NCBI GenBank assembly: GCA_002293825.1
Contig: DBDW01000009.1
Location: 26,170-90,169 of the forward strand
DNA: 64,000 nucleotides
Source of the DNA: Candidatus Magasanikbacteria bacterium UBA922
GTDB lineage: Bacteria; Patescibacteriota; Patescibacteriia; Magasanikbacterales; UBA922
Direction: 5' to 3'
Positions 22,800 through 33,464 of the stretch are shown piece by piece (positions within the stretch are counted from its first letter, which is position 1; each line of letters begins with the position of its first letter). A model generated the notes under the pieces. It did not search any database. It was not told where the DNA came from and saw only the letters and a list, made by a program, of their open reading frames with translations. The translations under genes and the position numbers were made by a program.

Positions 22800-23858
22800 A
22801 TGCTCCAAAAATATCTTGACCTCAAAACCAAATTCCAATCACTTGAAGCAGATTTACAAAATCCAGCAGTGCTTGGCGATCAACAAAAATTAAAATCAAT
22901 ATCACAAGAATACAATGAACTAAAAGAAATAGTAGAAGAAATCAATAATCTTGAAAAAATAGAATCAGCAATTGCTGAATATCAGACCATGCTCACTACC
23001 GAGGAAGAAGCTGATATAGTAGAACTCGCACGAACCGAAATTCCTGAGCTCGAAGAAAAACAAAAAGCACTCGAAAAAAAACTTGCTGAGCTCACTCGCC
23101 CCACTGACCCCATGGACAAAAAAAGTGTAATTATTGAAATTCGTGCAGGAGCAGGTGGAGACGAAGCAGCACTATTTGCAGGAGACCTCCTTCGCATGTA
23201 TATGCGCTATGCAGAAAAAAAAGGTTGGAAAACCGGACTTGTGAGCGAACACCAAATCGGAATTGGCGGATTCAAAGAAGTAGTATTCTCAATCGAAGGG
23301 TACAATGTATACAAAGACATGAAATATGAAATGGGAGTACATCGTGTACAGAGAATTCCAGAAACAGAAAAAAGTGGACGCATCCACACATCGACCGCAA
23401 GCGTGGTCGTGCTTCCTGAAGTAGAAGAAACAGAAGTAACGATCGACCCCAAAGATCTTCGTATCGATACCTTCATGGCAGGTGGAAAAGGTGGACAAAG
23501 TGTGAATACCACCTACTCAGCCGTACGCATCGTGCACATTCCGAGTGGCCTCATTGTGCAATGCCAAGACGAACGATCGCAACAGCAAAACCGTATCAAA
23601 GCCATGAACGTACTCCGTGCTCGTATCTTCGAAATGGAGCAGGAAAAAAAGCGAGCCGTCCTTGATGCAAAACGCAAAAGCCAGATCGGGACCGGCGACC
23701 GTAGTGAAAAAATCCGCACCTACAATGTTCCACAGGATCGCATCACCGATCATCGCATTCACCAAAGCTGGAATACGATCGAAACAATTCTAAACGGAGA
23801 CTTGGGTCCCGTGATTGAAGCGATTCGAACTGAAGAATACAAACAACTTGATGCGTAA
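22800..23858 (+). CDS. prfA: Peptide chain release factor 1
   Basis: [12 protein letters not shown] (PxT), [16 protein letters not shown]. Confidence 0.98.
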   Translation: MLQKYLDLKTKFQSLEADLQNPAVLGDQQKLKSISQEYNELKEIVEEINNLEKIESAIAEYQTMLTTEEEADIVELARTEIPELEEKQKALEKKLAELTRPTDPMDKKSVIIEIRAGAGGDEAALFAGDLLRMYMRYAEKKGWKTGLVSEHQIGIGGFKEVVFSIEGYNVYKDMKYEMGVHRVQRIPETEKSGRIHTSTASVVVLPEVEETEVTIDPKDLRIDTFMAGGKGGQSVNTTYSAVRIVHIPSGLIVQCQDERSQQQNRIKAMNVLRARIFEMEQEKKRAVLDAKRKSQIGTGDRSEKIRTYNVPQDRITDHRIHQSWNTIETILNGDLGPVIEAIRTEEYKQLDA

Positions 23859-24782
23859 TTATTCTGTAGAAGATTTCATTAGAAACCTCTCAAACAAGGA
23901 ATTGACTTTAGCAGCACCTTGGTCCTTGTCTAAAATTCTACCATTTATCTCTTCCATCTTAAGGGAATGCACCCCATTCGAGTTCTCAATACTGACCATA
24001 CCAGTATCAACTGCAATAATCTTACCAACACGAAGTTTACCATCGTCACCGATAAAAGTTACAAAATCGTGTAATTGAAAATTTCGGTCACGCAAATCAA
24101 CATATTGCATGGATTTCTCTGGAAGATCAGGTTCAAAATAAGCAGTACTGATATAGACTGGTGTAACTATCCGCCCCCTGAGAAGAAACATATTAATAAT
24201 AAACAATCCACCAATAAAAATAGTAACGAGGAAAAAAGAAATAACAACGCTTTCAAAAAAGCGAATTACTAAATTCTTTCTTTTCAGCTTAAGAAATACA
24301 ATTACATACAATGGAAAAAGAACTGTGAGAAGAATTCTAAATGGTAAAAAAACTTTTGGAGTCGCAATCCACGCAAAAACAATAAGGATGCCTTGTAAGC
24401 CGAAAAGTGTGACAAACCCAGCAATCAAATATAGCTCAGGAAATACAAAGGTAATTGCAATTTGACTCAAAATTACCACAACAGCAGCAAAAAATATATA
24501 TTTCACCTTTAGAGAAGTAGAAAGAACATCGGTAACCTCAATCTCTTCCTCTCTAAGAGTGTTCCAACCTGTAACATCAGCAATCACTAATATAATCCAG
24601 AACACATATGGCACTACAGTTCCAATGCCTGGAACAGTATGTAATTGAAACAAAGAAAAGACAATAATTAATAGAACAAAAGAAATTAAGATAACCCCAA
24701 GTGCACGCTGATATGCCTTGCTATAGAGTACTTGTTCTCGCTCATCGACAGGCTTATGTAGAAACCACAAAATATTTTTCAT
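23859..24782 (-). CDS. Multi-pass membrane protein (DUF2178-like DERE motif) with C-terminal degenerate S26-peptidase-like domain
   Basis: VDEREQVLYSKAY then ~6 TM segments; tail PVYISTAYFEPDL...DFVTF...GKIIAV...INGRI. Confidence 0.6.
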   Translation of the reverse strand: MKNILWFLHKPVDEREQVLYSKAYQRALGVILISFVLLIIVFSLFQLHTVPGIGTVVPYVFWIILVIADVTGWNTLREEEIEVTDVLSTSLKVKYIFFAAVVVILSQIAITFVFPELYLIAGFVTLFGLQGILIVFAWIATPKVFLPFRILLTVLFPLYVIVFLKLKRKNLVIRFFESVVISFFLVTIFIGGLFIINMFLLRGRIVTPVYISTAYFEPDLPEKSMQYVDLRDRNFQLHDFVTFIGDDGKLRVGKIIAVDTGMVSIENSNGVHSLKMEEINGRILDKDQGAAKVNSLFERFLMKSSTE

Positions 24783-24800
24783 ACAGATGCATTAGATAAG

Positions 24801-25004
24801 TTAGGGTAAAAAACGAAAAATGTCTTCAATTTTTACATTAAAAAGCTCAGCACACTTATAGGCAAGATAGAGGGTTGGTTGATATTTCCCCTGCTCTATG
24901 GCATTAATGGTCTGTCGAGTAACACCCAGTTTGAGTGCCAACTCTTCTTGGGTCATATCCTGCCGCACCCGCAAATCTTTCAAATTACAGATAATGCTAG
25001 GCAT
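24801..25004 (-). CDS. XRE-family HTH regulator
   Basis: MTQEELALKLGVTRQTINAIEQGKYQPTLYLAYK. Confidence 0.93.
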   Translation of the reverse strand: MPSIICNLKDLRVRQDMTQEELALKLGVTRQTINAIEQGKYQPTLYLAYKCAELFNVKIEDIFRFLP

Positions 25005-25006
25005 AG

Positions 25007-25060
25007 GTAATGTAAAATACTTTTTACACAATCTATTCGTAATGTAAAATACTTTTTACA
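25007..25060. promoter_or_regulatory. Two identical 22-bp palindromic operators, 32 bp apart
   Basis: GTAATGTAAAATACTTTTTACA at 25007-25028 and 25039-25060, next to TTGACA (minus strand) at ~25064-25069. Confidence 0.8.
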
Positions 25061-25088
25061 TATTGTCAAGTATCAAATGTGGATAAAT

Positions 25089-25949
25089 ATGACTACAATC
25101 AAAAACCTACTAATAGTTGGAACAAAAAAAATTGACCGCCTAGATGCTGAGCTTATATTGGCACATGTTCTTAAAAAAAAACGAGAATTTGTGATTACTC
25201 ATCCAGAATTCTTAGTCCCCTGTTTTCCAAAGTTTAGATTCCAAAATAGTGTTTCGAAGAGAACAAAAGGAATCCCTCTTGCCTATCTCACCGGACACAA
25301 AGAGTTTTTTGGGCTCGATTTTTTGGTAAACAAGCACACGCTAATCCCTCGACCAGAAACTGAAGTATTGATAGAAGAAGCACTGAAAGAAATTAAAAAA
25401 AATACTACGATAATTGATGTGGGTACTGGCTCAGGCTGTATCCCTATTTCAATTATAAAATCTCTCAAAGCCAATAGCACAACCTACGCAACTGACATCT
25501 CAGCCAAAGCTCTTAGAATGGCACGAAAAAATGCCGCTAAACATGCTGTTGAAATAAAATTTTTCAAAGGGAACCTTCTTGAGCCAATAATCAAAAACTA
25601 TGATCTATTGACTATTGGCTCTGAACTAATCATCACAGCCAATCTTCCCTATCTTACACAGAAACAATTTGACGAAGAAGTATCGATCCAACACGAACCA
25701 CATTCAGCACTGGTAGCTGAAGACAATGGTCTTGCGCTCTACAAAAATTTACTGAATCAAATACAATTTCTAATTTCCAATTTTCAATTTCGTATTTCTG
25801 CATTTTTCGAAATCGATCCCTCTCAATCTCTCCCCCTTTCAAAACATGTACACAACCTCTTCCCTAATCCAGAAATCAAAATTATCAAAGATGGTATGGG
25901 AAACGATCGAGTGATACATATCATCATTGACAAATCCACTCACTCGTGA
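25089..25949 (+). CDS. prmC: Release factor glutamine methyltransferase
   Basis: LIPRPETE, DVGTGSGCI, ANLPY. Confidence 0.95.
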   Translation: MTTIKNLLIVGTKKIDRLDAELILAHVLKKKREFVITHPEFLVPCFPKFRFQNSVSKRTKGIPLAYLTGHKEFFGLDFLVNKHTLIPRPETEVLIEEALKEIKKNTTIIDVGTGSGCIPISIIKSLKANSTTYATDISAKALRMARKNAAKHAVEIKFFKGNLLEPIIKNYDLLTIGSELIITANLPYLTQKQFDEEVSIQHEPHSALVAEDNGLALYKNLLNQIQFLISNFQFRISAFFEIDPSQSLPLSKHVHNLFPNPEIKIIKDGMGNDRVIHIIIDKSTHS

Positions 25950-25996
25950 TAGGTTCAGGCATCCGCACTGGTGCGGAGCTACACAGGAGAACACCA

Positions 25997-26389
25997 ATGA
26001 AAGTTCGAGGAGACCTCAGCATTCAGAATCGGACGATCATCTTCAGCACAAACATTGAAATCACGCGAAACCCACTCAACATCACGTTCCCGATGAAGAA
26101 AAAAGACTGGGGACGACTGCATGCAGAAAGCACATCTGGCAAACGCCTGATTGAGCACTTGATGTCCGTGATCGAAATCGAGAAGGTACTGATCGATCCA
26201 TACCAGGTCGAGATCATTTTCAAAGACACGCTCTCACGCACACAAGAAAGAAAATTCGTAGAAGCAATGATGGAGGCAATGGGCACGATCATGAAGATCA
26301 GGTCCGAGCACGTCATCGTGACGAATCGTGCGGTAGACGAAGATGTCCTACCAGAACTGAGCCAACCCACATCCGAGGAATCGGACTGA
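25997..26389 (+). CDS. Orphan protein, weak Nfu/NifU N-terminal-like segment
   Basis: AGGAG SD; LIEHLMSVIEIEKVLIDPYQVEI; C/G-rich third positions. Confidence 0.65.
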   Translation: MKVRGDLSIQNRTIIFSTNIEITRNPLNITFPMKKKDWGRLHAESTSGKRLIEHLMSVIEIEKVLIDPYQVEIIFKDTLSRTQERKFVEAMMEAMGTIMKIRSEHVIVTNRAVDEDVLPELSQPTSEESD

Positions 26390-26408
26390 CAGAGGAAGGA
26401 GAAAGAAA

Positions 26409-26759
26409 ATGAAGTGGTCAGAACTCTACGCTGGCATGACAGTGATCCCCGAGATCATCCTGTCCGAGCGAATCGAAGCCTACCTGGAATACAGGGAAGG
26501 CACCTATCCTGCCGAGACGAGAGATGAGCTCAACCTCACGGTGAAGCTGCTCGAGCTCAAGAACAACCCGCACGAAGTGATCCTCAAGTTCGACACTTCG
26601 GGCGTGGAATTACCAGAGGGCATGAAACACGGTATCTATGACATCGTGTTCAAATGGAAAAACGGTGGCGTGACACTGAAAGCCGAGACACTGCCCGCAA
26701 CCATGTTCGAAGATGCGAAAGTGCCACACGCACTGCTCGTAAAACTCGGTCTGAAGTAG
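26409..26759 (+). CDS. Orphan hypothetical protein
   Basis: AAGGAG SD, 116-aa frame, followed by a GC hairpin at 26766-26803. Confidence 0.7.
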   Translation: MKWSELYAGMTVIPEIILSERIEAYLEYREGTYPAETRDELNLTVKLLELKNNPHEVILKFDTSGVELPEGMKHGIYDIVFKWKNGGVTLKAETLPATMFEDAKVPHALLVKLGLK

Positions 26760-26850
26760 ACAATAGGGCTCCGCTCACTGACAGTGGTCAGGGGCGGAGT
26801 TCTCAACAAAACTATTTTGCACCATAACGGTGCTTTTTTATATAAAAAAG

Positions 26851-27921
26851 CTATTCCCATGCAACGGTACCACGCCCGTTCACAACCTCAATCCAAATCG
26901 TTCCTGGAGTAAAAGGAATTTCTTTTCCATCCATATCATAAAAACGAGTTTTTGATTCACGTGAATTTTTGACCCACGTTCCAGTCACCAATCTACCCTT
27001 GGTAAATACGTGCGCACCACCTTCCCCCACAGTAGTGATATCAAGTCTTCCCACCTCATCAAGAACACGAGACTCGACCTGCTGTACGACAATTGTATCA
27101 GCAGTAATTACTGTGCCATCCTGATCTGCATGAGGCTTACCCATCTGAAATCGAGTATACTTCTCAGTAGATGAGGAATACACCCACACTGCCTCATACA
27201 CCGGAGGACTAAAAGAAATCGTAATAGTAATAACACAGGCATCGTCACAAACAGGCACCGATCCATATAGCCATGTAGATGAGACAAATAATGTGGAAGT
27301 TGTCCCATATTCTTCAAAACCTTTTTTCAATAATTCAGTCGAGGTATACACATTATGCGGTGCATACCGATCCGTACTCCTCCAAAAATATGAACCTCGA
27401 TAAAATTCATTAAAATCAAAATAGCGCGATGACTTGAGTGCAGCGAGTGCCGCAGGAGAACCGCCCACATGTGCATACAATGGTGTTCCGTATTCACTCA
27501 CCCAATCAAGAAAATAAGACCGCGCACTACGTACGGGACCAATCTTTGAGACACCCTGTTGACTGGTATACAAAGCCATAAACCGAGAAAAATTCGCTTC
27601 GACTGGTGCTTCATATACCACTGACGCACGCGCAAGTCCTGACTGAGGACGAGCATCACGATGATTTTCAATCATGACCGCATATAATTCGTATTCCTGC
27701 TCCTCCAAATCTACACAACGCCCATCGAGTGCTCGCGGCTCACACACCACCGATGATTCATCAGGAACAAAAGATTCATCTACCAAAGACACGGTGCTAC
27801 GATATGACGAATGGAATACAAACCACACCAACAAAACAACACCAAGCACAGTAATTACTGCTGATGCAATATATAATAACTTTATTTCACGATTACCGAT
27901 CGTAACAGTATCATTACGCAT
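26851..27921 (-). CDS. DUF3048 (YerB-like) membrane-anchored protein
   Basis: AVMIENHRDARPQSGL, IGPVRSAR, APHNVY. Confidence 0.9.
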   Translation of the reverse strand: MRNDTVTIGNREIKLLYIASAVITVLGVVLLVWFVFHSSYRSTVSLVDESFVPDESSVVCEPRALDGRCVDLEEQEYELYAVMIENHRDARPQSGLARASVVYEAPVEANFSRFMALYTSQQGVSKIGPVRSARSYFLDWVSEYGTPLYAHVGGSPAALAALKSSRYFDFNEFYRGSYFWRSTDRYAPHNVYTSTELLKKGFEEYGTTSTLFVSSTWLYGSVPVCDDACVITITISFSPPVYEAVWVYSSSTEKYTRFQMGKPHADQDGTVITADTIVVQQVESRVLDEVGRLDITTVGEGGAHVFTKGRLVTGTWVKNSRESKTRFYDMDGKEIPFTPGTIWIEVVNGRGTVAWE

Positions 27922-28038
27922 AGTAAAAATATTACAAAAGAGACTGTAATTGTACCACACCACCCAAACACAATGATACAAAAACACTTCTCACTAATTC
28001 AAAAACCGCCAGAGTAACCGGCGGTTTTGTGTAATTTG

Positions 28039-28707
28039 TTATTTCTTTTCAGCAGACTCTCCTTCACCAGCATCTTCTTCTTTCTTTCCTTTCTTTTCCA
28101 CTTCAATATCTTCAATAGTTGTAGATGAAGATTCTTCCATCGCCTTCAACTGTTCTTCAGAGAGTGGAGCAGAAACTTTAGCAATCAATGCGTCTGCATC
28201 TTCAAGTGCGGTAATACCTACAGGAAGCGCAATATCTTTTACATAAATCGCATCATCAAAGGTTTTCAACACTGAAAGATCTACAGTAACTTCACTCACC
28301 AAATCTTTTGGCAAACATTTAATTTCAAGAGTATCTTGTGTCTTCATAAGTGTACCACCCTCTTTCACTGCTGCTGATTCTCCAACAAACACGAGATCAA
28401 TCGCCGCATGCATCTCTTCGTTCATATTAATCTGTCGAAGATCAAAATGGATGATCACACTCTTTACCGGATCATACTGTACATCCTGAATCAGGGCTTT
28501 TACTGCACCTGACTGCCCTTCTACAACAACATCAATAAGACTTGATTCCCCGGCTTCATTGTATAACTTCAAAAATTCATTAGAAGCAACACTGACTGAA
28601 GTAGGTTCACGATCAGGACCATAGATAACACCAGGAATCTGTCCTGCGGTTCGAAGTTCCTGTGATTTTTCAGCACCACGTGCTTTGAGTGTAAGTGAAT
28701 ACGGCAT
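28039..28707 (-). CDS. rplY: 50S ribosomal protein L25/Ctc
   Basis: IPGVIYG, VQYDPV..IIHFD, C-terminal Ctc domain with acidic tail. Confidence 0.95.
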   Translation of the reverse strand: MPYSLTLKARGAEKSQELRTAGQIPGVIYGPDREPTSVSVASNEFLKLYNEAGESSLIDVVVEGQSGAVKALIQDVQYDPVKSVIIHFDLRQINMNEEMHAAIDLVFVGESAAVKEGGTLMKTQDTLEIKCLPKDLVSEVTVDLSVLKTFDDAIYVKDIALPVGITALEDADALIAKVSAPLSEEQLKAMEESSSTTIEDIEVEKKGKKEEDAGEGESAEKK

Positions 28708-28726
28708 ACTACGCTAGTAAAACAAG

Positions 28727-29083
28727 TTAATTCATTATCGTATTAAAAGAAGTTGAAAAAGTGGGATTGGTAAGTGCCTGATAGCACTCAATAACCATAT
28801 CTTCAGTAAGTGCCTCTCGATGACGAAAACGGACACTATCCTCATAGACGAGATCACTCATCATTCCAATGAGCCCAAGTCCGAGCTGTGTACTCCCGAT
28901 AAAAAAAATCAAGGAATTATGACACATGACACAGGTCGTATGTAGTACATGTGAACTTTCAGTAGATTCTACAGTTTTGATATGTTCGTGTTCGAACACT
29001 GTAGCGCACACCGGGCATTCACGCATGACTTTGAACTGGGACCGAAGTGAATCGAGAGAAAATTGTGGTTGTGGTCTACCCAT
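28727..29083 (-). CDS. Zinc-ribbon hypothetical protein
   Basis: CPVC...HTTCVMC...GMMSDL. Confidence 0.75.
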   Translation of the reverse strand: MGRPQPQFSLDSLRSQFKVMRECPVCATVFEHEHIKTVESTESSHVLHTTCVMCHNSLIFFIGSTQLGLGLIGMMSDLVYEDSVRFRHREALTEDMVIECYQALTNPTFSTSFNTIMN

Positions 29084-29113
29084 ACAAAGCTGAAATACTA
29101 TAGCAAAAGAATA

Positions 29114-30244
29114 TCAACTCGTCAAGAGAGAGCGTGAGCTTGATCGAGCAGCACTCTGAGCGATACCAATCAAGAGAAAATTCGCAATCAAAGACGAACC
29201 TCCATAACTCACCAAAGGTAATGTAACACCAGTTACCGGTAAAAGTCCAATCGCAGCTCCAACATTGATAATGACCTGTAATAAAAACATAAGAGCAATA
29301 CCAAGCGCAACATACGAAGAAAACTCTGCACGAGCTCGATACGCAATAAGACTAAGTCGAAACAAGAGAAGACCATACAACACCAATACCAAACACGTAC
29401 CGATAAACCCAAGCTCTTCTCCAATAACTGAAAAAATAAAGTCTGTCTGAGCTTCAGGCAAAAAATGAAGTTGTGATTGTGACCCAAACCCAAGACCTCG
29501 TCCAAAAATTCCACCTGCACCAATTGCAATAATTGACTGTGTAACATTATACCCAGAACCCAACGGATCTCGTTCAGGCTCAAGAAATGTCAAAATACGA
29601 TCTTTTTGATAGGGTTGAAGTAAAAACATCCATGCACAGATAGAGATAATAACACCAGACATCACGAGTCCGATCGTATATCGTTTTGGTATACCAGCCA
29701 ACAGTATCATACCAAACCATACCCCCACCAAAACCATAGACGAGCCAAGGTCAGGTTGCAACATAATCAATCCAGCCAAAAGACCAGCTAATGTAGTCAT
29801 CACCAATAAAAATTGCCATCGCTGAAACTGACGAGCCTGCCGATCAATCCGCCACGCCAGAAAAATAATCAAAGCAATTTTTGCAAATTCAGCGGGCTGA
29901 AATGAAAAACCAAACACTCGAAACCAGCCTGTCGTACCACGAATCGTGGTACCAAAAAATAATACCGAGACAAGCAGTATTACGGCAGTAAGATAAAAAA
30001 ACTTAGCATGCGCTTCATAAAAGGTAATATGCACCCGAGAAAAAATAAATAAACCAACAAATCCGATACCCAGTGCCAAAACCTGTCTCGAAAAAAAACT
30101 CAACCCTTCACCTCGAGAAAGATCTACACTATAAATTGCAGCAAGACCGATACACGAAAGAATCAATGCGGTAAAAAGTAAAATCGCATCATACCCCCGA
30201 AATGTCTTAACCAAAAAATCAAGCATACGAAACAACAAGTTCAC
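29114..30244 (-). CDS. rodA: Rod shape-determining SEDS protein RodA
   Basis: FQPAEFAK, LQPDLGS, GYNVTQSIIAIG, PEAQTDFIF, LPLVSYGGSS; start could be 30226. Confidence 0.92.
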   Translation of the reverse strand: MNLLFRMLDFLVKTFRGYDAILLFTALILSCIGLAAIYSVDLSRGEGLSFFSRQVLALGIGFVGLFIFSRVHITFYEAHAKFFYLTAVILLVSVLFFGTTIRGTTGWFRVFGFSFQPAEFAKIALIIFLAWRIDRQARQFQRWQFLLVMTTLAGLLAGLIMLQPDLGSSMVLVGVWFGMILLAGIPKRYTIGLVMSGVIISICAWMFLLQPYQKDRILTFLEPERDPLGSGYNVTQSIIAIGAGGIFGRGLGFGSQSQLHFLPEAQTDFIFSVIGEELGFIGTCLVLVLYGLLLFRLSLIAYRARAEFSSYVALGIALMFLLQVIINVGAAIGLLPVTGVTLPLVSYGGSSLIANFLLIGIAQSAARSSSRSLLTS

Positions 30245-30297
30245 CTAATAGGTACCATACGTGAAAAAAGAATTCAAATATAGACCCCACACACATG

Positions 30298-31185
30298 TCA
30301 ATTCATGAAAACCTGTGAATCAAACACATTGACCAAAGGTTCAATAATGACACCGTCAATCAAAACGTCTTCAGAAAAAACACCAAGAGAAACTTGACGC
30401 ACTTCCCCACCCATAAATTGAGAAAGAGTCACAGGAGCGACACCGATCAATTGTCCTGCACGTTCAAATCTCACTAATACCGGAAATTCCCAAAAATCAA
30501 ATACTGAATTATTGGTAATGGAAAAAGACACAATAGGCGCTGCAATATTTTCAGTCTGATTGGTAGGAAGATATGAAAAATCACTAACACTCGTATCAAT
30601 TCGCTGAGTATAATATGCGACCGGATCAGAAATGATATGTGGATCTATGCGTTTCCATGTCACCGACACAATGTCGAGCACAGCAGAATTCAAAACATCC
30701 CCTGATTCATATCCGAGAAAAAAAAGTGAGCGCTGAGTATTCGGCAAAACCAGTGCCTCACGTGTCTCAGTAACGCCACGAGGTAATGTAAATCGATAAG
30801 AAACTTCTGCAATCCAATTACGATTAGGGTTATTCACTTCAGCAAAAATATCATACTGACCTTCTACTCCAGGAAAAATACGTGTGGCCGTAAACGAAAG
30901 ATCTTGTGGCTGAAAACGCAACCCGACATTCGTCGGTAAATACGAATATGATAAGTTTTTCAAATTTGCCCGATCCACCTGATAATCAAAAATAGCATAC
31001 TTCCCAATAAAAAAGAGGCTCGTGCCGAGCGTACCTACAGACCACACAGTCAATACCGTGATCACCACCGTGCGCACAGTCGCACGATGTTTCGCATACC
31101 ACGTTGCAGCACGAAGCGACTGATTGGAAAATTCACCAGTCGGATCTTCATATCGATCCAATAATGATGGTTTGTTATTAAACAT
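30298..31185 (-). CDS. Membrane-anchored hypothetical protein with beta-rich domains
   Basis: One TM near the N-terminus, VNNPN and ITNNS motifs. Confidence 0.75.
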   Translation of the reverse strand: MFNNKPSLLDRYEDPTGEFSNQSLRAATWYAKHRATVRTVVITVLTVWSVGTLGTSLFFIGKYAIFDYQVDRANLKNLSYSYLPTNVGLRFQPQDLSFTATRIFPGVEGQYDIFAEVNNPNRNWIAEVSYRFTLPRGVTETREALVLPNTQRSLFFLGYESGDVLNSAVLDIVSVTWKRIDPHIISDPVAYYTQRIDTSVSDFSYLPTNQTENIAAPIVSFSITNNSVFDFWEFPVLVRFERAGQLIGVAPVTLSQFMGGEVRQVSLGVFSEDVLIDGVIIEPLVNVFDSQVFMN

Positions 31186-31418
31186 AGTACATACTAGTAT
31201 AGCATAAAAAAGTACAATACAGAACGCACACAAAATATAGTAGGTATAAGCGTAAATTTTTTCCAAAAAGAAATCATTCGTCACACCAAAAATTACACGA
31301 TCCGTATTCACAGATCCCCCACCCAGACTTTACGACTTAGGCCCTCCATGCTAAACTCTCTACCGTACGCAAGCCTTTTAAGCATTTCAGGCCTTTGTGG
31401 CCTCTCAAGCCGTCTTTT

Positions 31419-33464
31419 ATGTCCAAAACAGCAAAAGTAAACTCATCATACAGTGCAAAAAATATTCAAGTACTTGAAGGATTAGCAGCAGTGCGCAAAC
31501 GACCAGGAATGTACATCGGCTCTACAGGTGCCCCAGGTCTACACCATCTCATCTGGGAAGTGGTTGACAATTCGATTGACGAAGCAATGGCTGGACACTG
31601 TGATCAAATTACCATCAAATTATTGCCCGATCATTGGATTGAAGTAACAGACAATGGACGTGGTATTCCTGTAGATATTCATCCACAAAAAAAAGTAAGT
31701 GCACTCGAACTCGTACTCTCGACCCTTCATGCCGGAGGTAAATTTGGCGAAGAAGATGGTGGATACAAAGTATCCGGAGGTCTACATGGTGTCGGTGTGT
31801 CAGTAGTAAACGCACTCTCGACCGATCTGATTGCTACCGTACATCGTGATGGAAAAATTTGGGAACAACGATACAAAATCGGTAACCCTCAAAACAAAGT
31901 AAAAGCAATCGGCACGACAAAAACCACCGGAACTACGATTGCATTTCGTGCAGATGACTCAATTTTTGAAACCATTGACTACGAATGGAAATATATCATC
32001 GACCATATCAGACAGCAGACCTATCTCAATAAAGGTGTGCGTATTGTAATTATCGACGAACGCAGCGAAGAAGAACGAAAAAAAGACAAAACCGCACTTC
32101 CATTCAAAAAAAATACTCATCAATTCTTTTTTGAAGGAGGAATCGAGAGTTATATTCGCCACATCAATAAAAACAAGGAGCCAAAACACGAAAGTATTTT
32201 CTATACTGAAAAAACAGTAGATAATACAATCGTAGAAATTGCACTGCAATACACAGGAGACTTCACTGAATCACTCCACGCATTTACCAATAACATCACC
32301 AATCCAGATGGCGGTACACATGTCTCAGGATTTCGTACAGCACTCACAAGAACATTGAATACCTACGCTCGAAACAAAGGAATGCTCAAAGAAAAAGACG
32401 GCAATCTTACGGGAGAAGATGTGCGTGAAGGACTAAGTACAATCATCTCAGTAAAAACCCCAAATCCTCAATTCGAGGGACAGACCAAAGCAAAATTGGG
32501 AAATCCAGAAGTAAAACCAGCGGTAGAATCTGTCTTTTCTGAGCAATTCATGATCTTCCTCGAAGAACACCCGAAAGACGCTGAAGCAATCATCGGACAA
32601 TGTATGATTGCGGCAAAAGCTCGTGCGGCAGCAAAAATGGCACGCGACACCGTACTCCGCAAAAGTGCCTTGGAAGGATTTACCTTACCAGGAAAACTTG
32701 CAGACTGCTCCAGCAGAAAACCGGAACGCTGTGAACTCTACATCGTAGAGGGAGACTCAGCAGGCGGTAGTGCAAAACAAGGTCGTGATCGAAATACTCA
32801 AGCAATCCTCCCACTTCGTGGTAAAGTCTTGAATGTAGAACGAGCACGACTCGACAAAATTCTCACAAACAATGAATTGAAGTCACTCATCATTGCAATG
32901 GGAACCAATATCGGAGAAATGTTTGAAATCGCACGTCTAAGATACCACAAAATCATCATCATGACCGATGCGGACGTCGATGGATCACATATCCGCACCC
33001 TCCTCCTCACCCTCTTCTTCCGCTACTTCCCCGATCTCATCTACCAGGGACACATCTACGTAGCACAGCCACCACTTTTCAGTATCAAGAAAGGCAAAGA
33101 AGTAACCTGGATCTACAATGAGACCGCGCTCAATGACTACAAAAAGAAATTCGGAATTACAGACGAAGACATGCAGGTAGTCGAGGAAGAGACTGATGTA
33201 GACGCTCCAGCACCCGAAGTAGTCGAAAGTAAAGCTGGAAAATCAAAGCTCAACATTCAACGATATAAAGGTTTGGGAGAAATGAATCCAGAACAACTCT
33301 GGGAAACAACCATGAATCCAGAAAACCGAGTGTTGAAACGTGTCACTATCGAAGATGCAGAAAAAGCTAGTGAGACCTTCGACATTCTCATGGGAAGCGA
33401 AGTCGCTCCTCGCAAAAAGTTTATCCAAACTCATGCGAAGAATGTGAAGAACTTGGATATATAA
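31419..33464 (+). CDS. gyrB: DNA gyrase subunit B
   Basis: VRKRPGMYIG, EVVDNSIDE, EGDSAGG, PLRGK, DADVDG, RYKGLGEM. Confidence 0.98.
   Translation: MSKTAKVNSSYSAKNIQVLEGLAAVRKRPGMYIGSTGAPGLHHLIWEVVDNSIDEAMAGHCDQITIKLLPDHWIEVTDNGRGIPVDIHPQKKVSALELVLSTLHAGGKFGEEDGGYKVSGGLHGVGVSVVNALSTDLIATVHRDGKIWEQRYKIGNPQNKVKAIGTTKTTGTTIAFRADDSIFETIDYEWKYIIDHIRQQTYLNKGVRIVIIDERSEEERKKDKTALPFKKNTHQFFFEGGIESYIRHINKNKEPKHESIFYTEKTVDNTIVEIALQYTGDFTESLHAFTNNITNPDGGTHVSGFRTALTRTLNTYARNKGMLKEKDGNLTGEDVREGLSTIISVKTPNPQFEGQTKAKLGNPEVKPAVESVFSEQFMIFLEEHPKDAEAIIGQCMIAAKARAAAKMARDTVLRKSALEGFTLPGKLADCSSRKPERCELYIVEGDSAGGSAKQGRDRNTQAILPLRGKVLNVERARLDKILTNNELKSLIIAMGTNIGEMFEIARLRYHKIIIMTDADVDGSHIRTLLLTLFFRYFPDLIYQGHIYVAQPPLFSIKKGKEVTWIYNETALNDYKKKFGITDEDMQVVEEETDVDAPAPEVVESKAGKSKLNIQRYKGLGEMNPEQLWETTMNPENRVLKRVTIEDAEKASETFDILMGSEVAPRKKFIQTHAKNVKNLDI

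Noticed and set aside
25007-25060. Possible mini-CRISPR from 22-bp repeats
   Set aside because: Only two copies with a 10-bp spacer and no cas genes; fits an XRE operator pair
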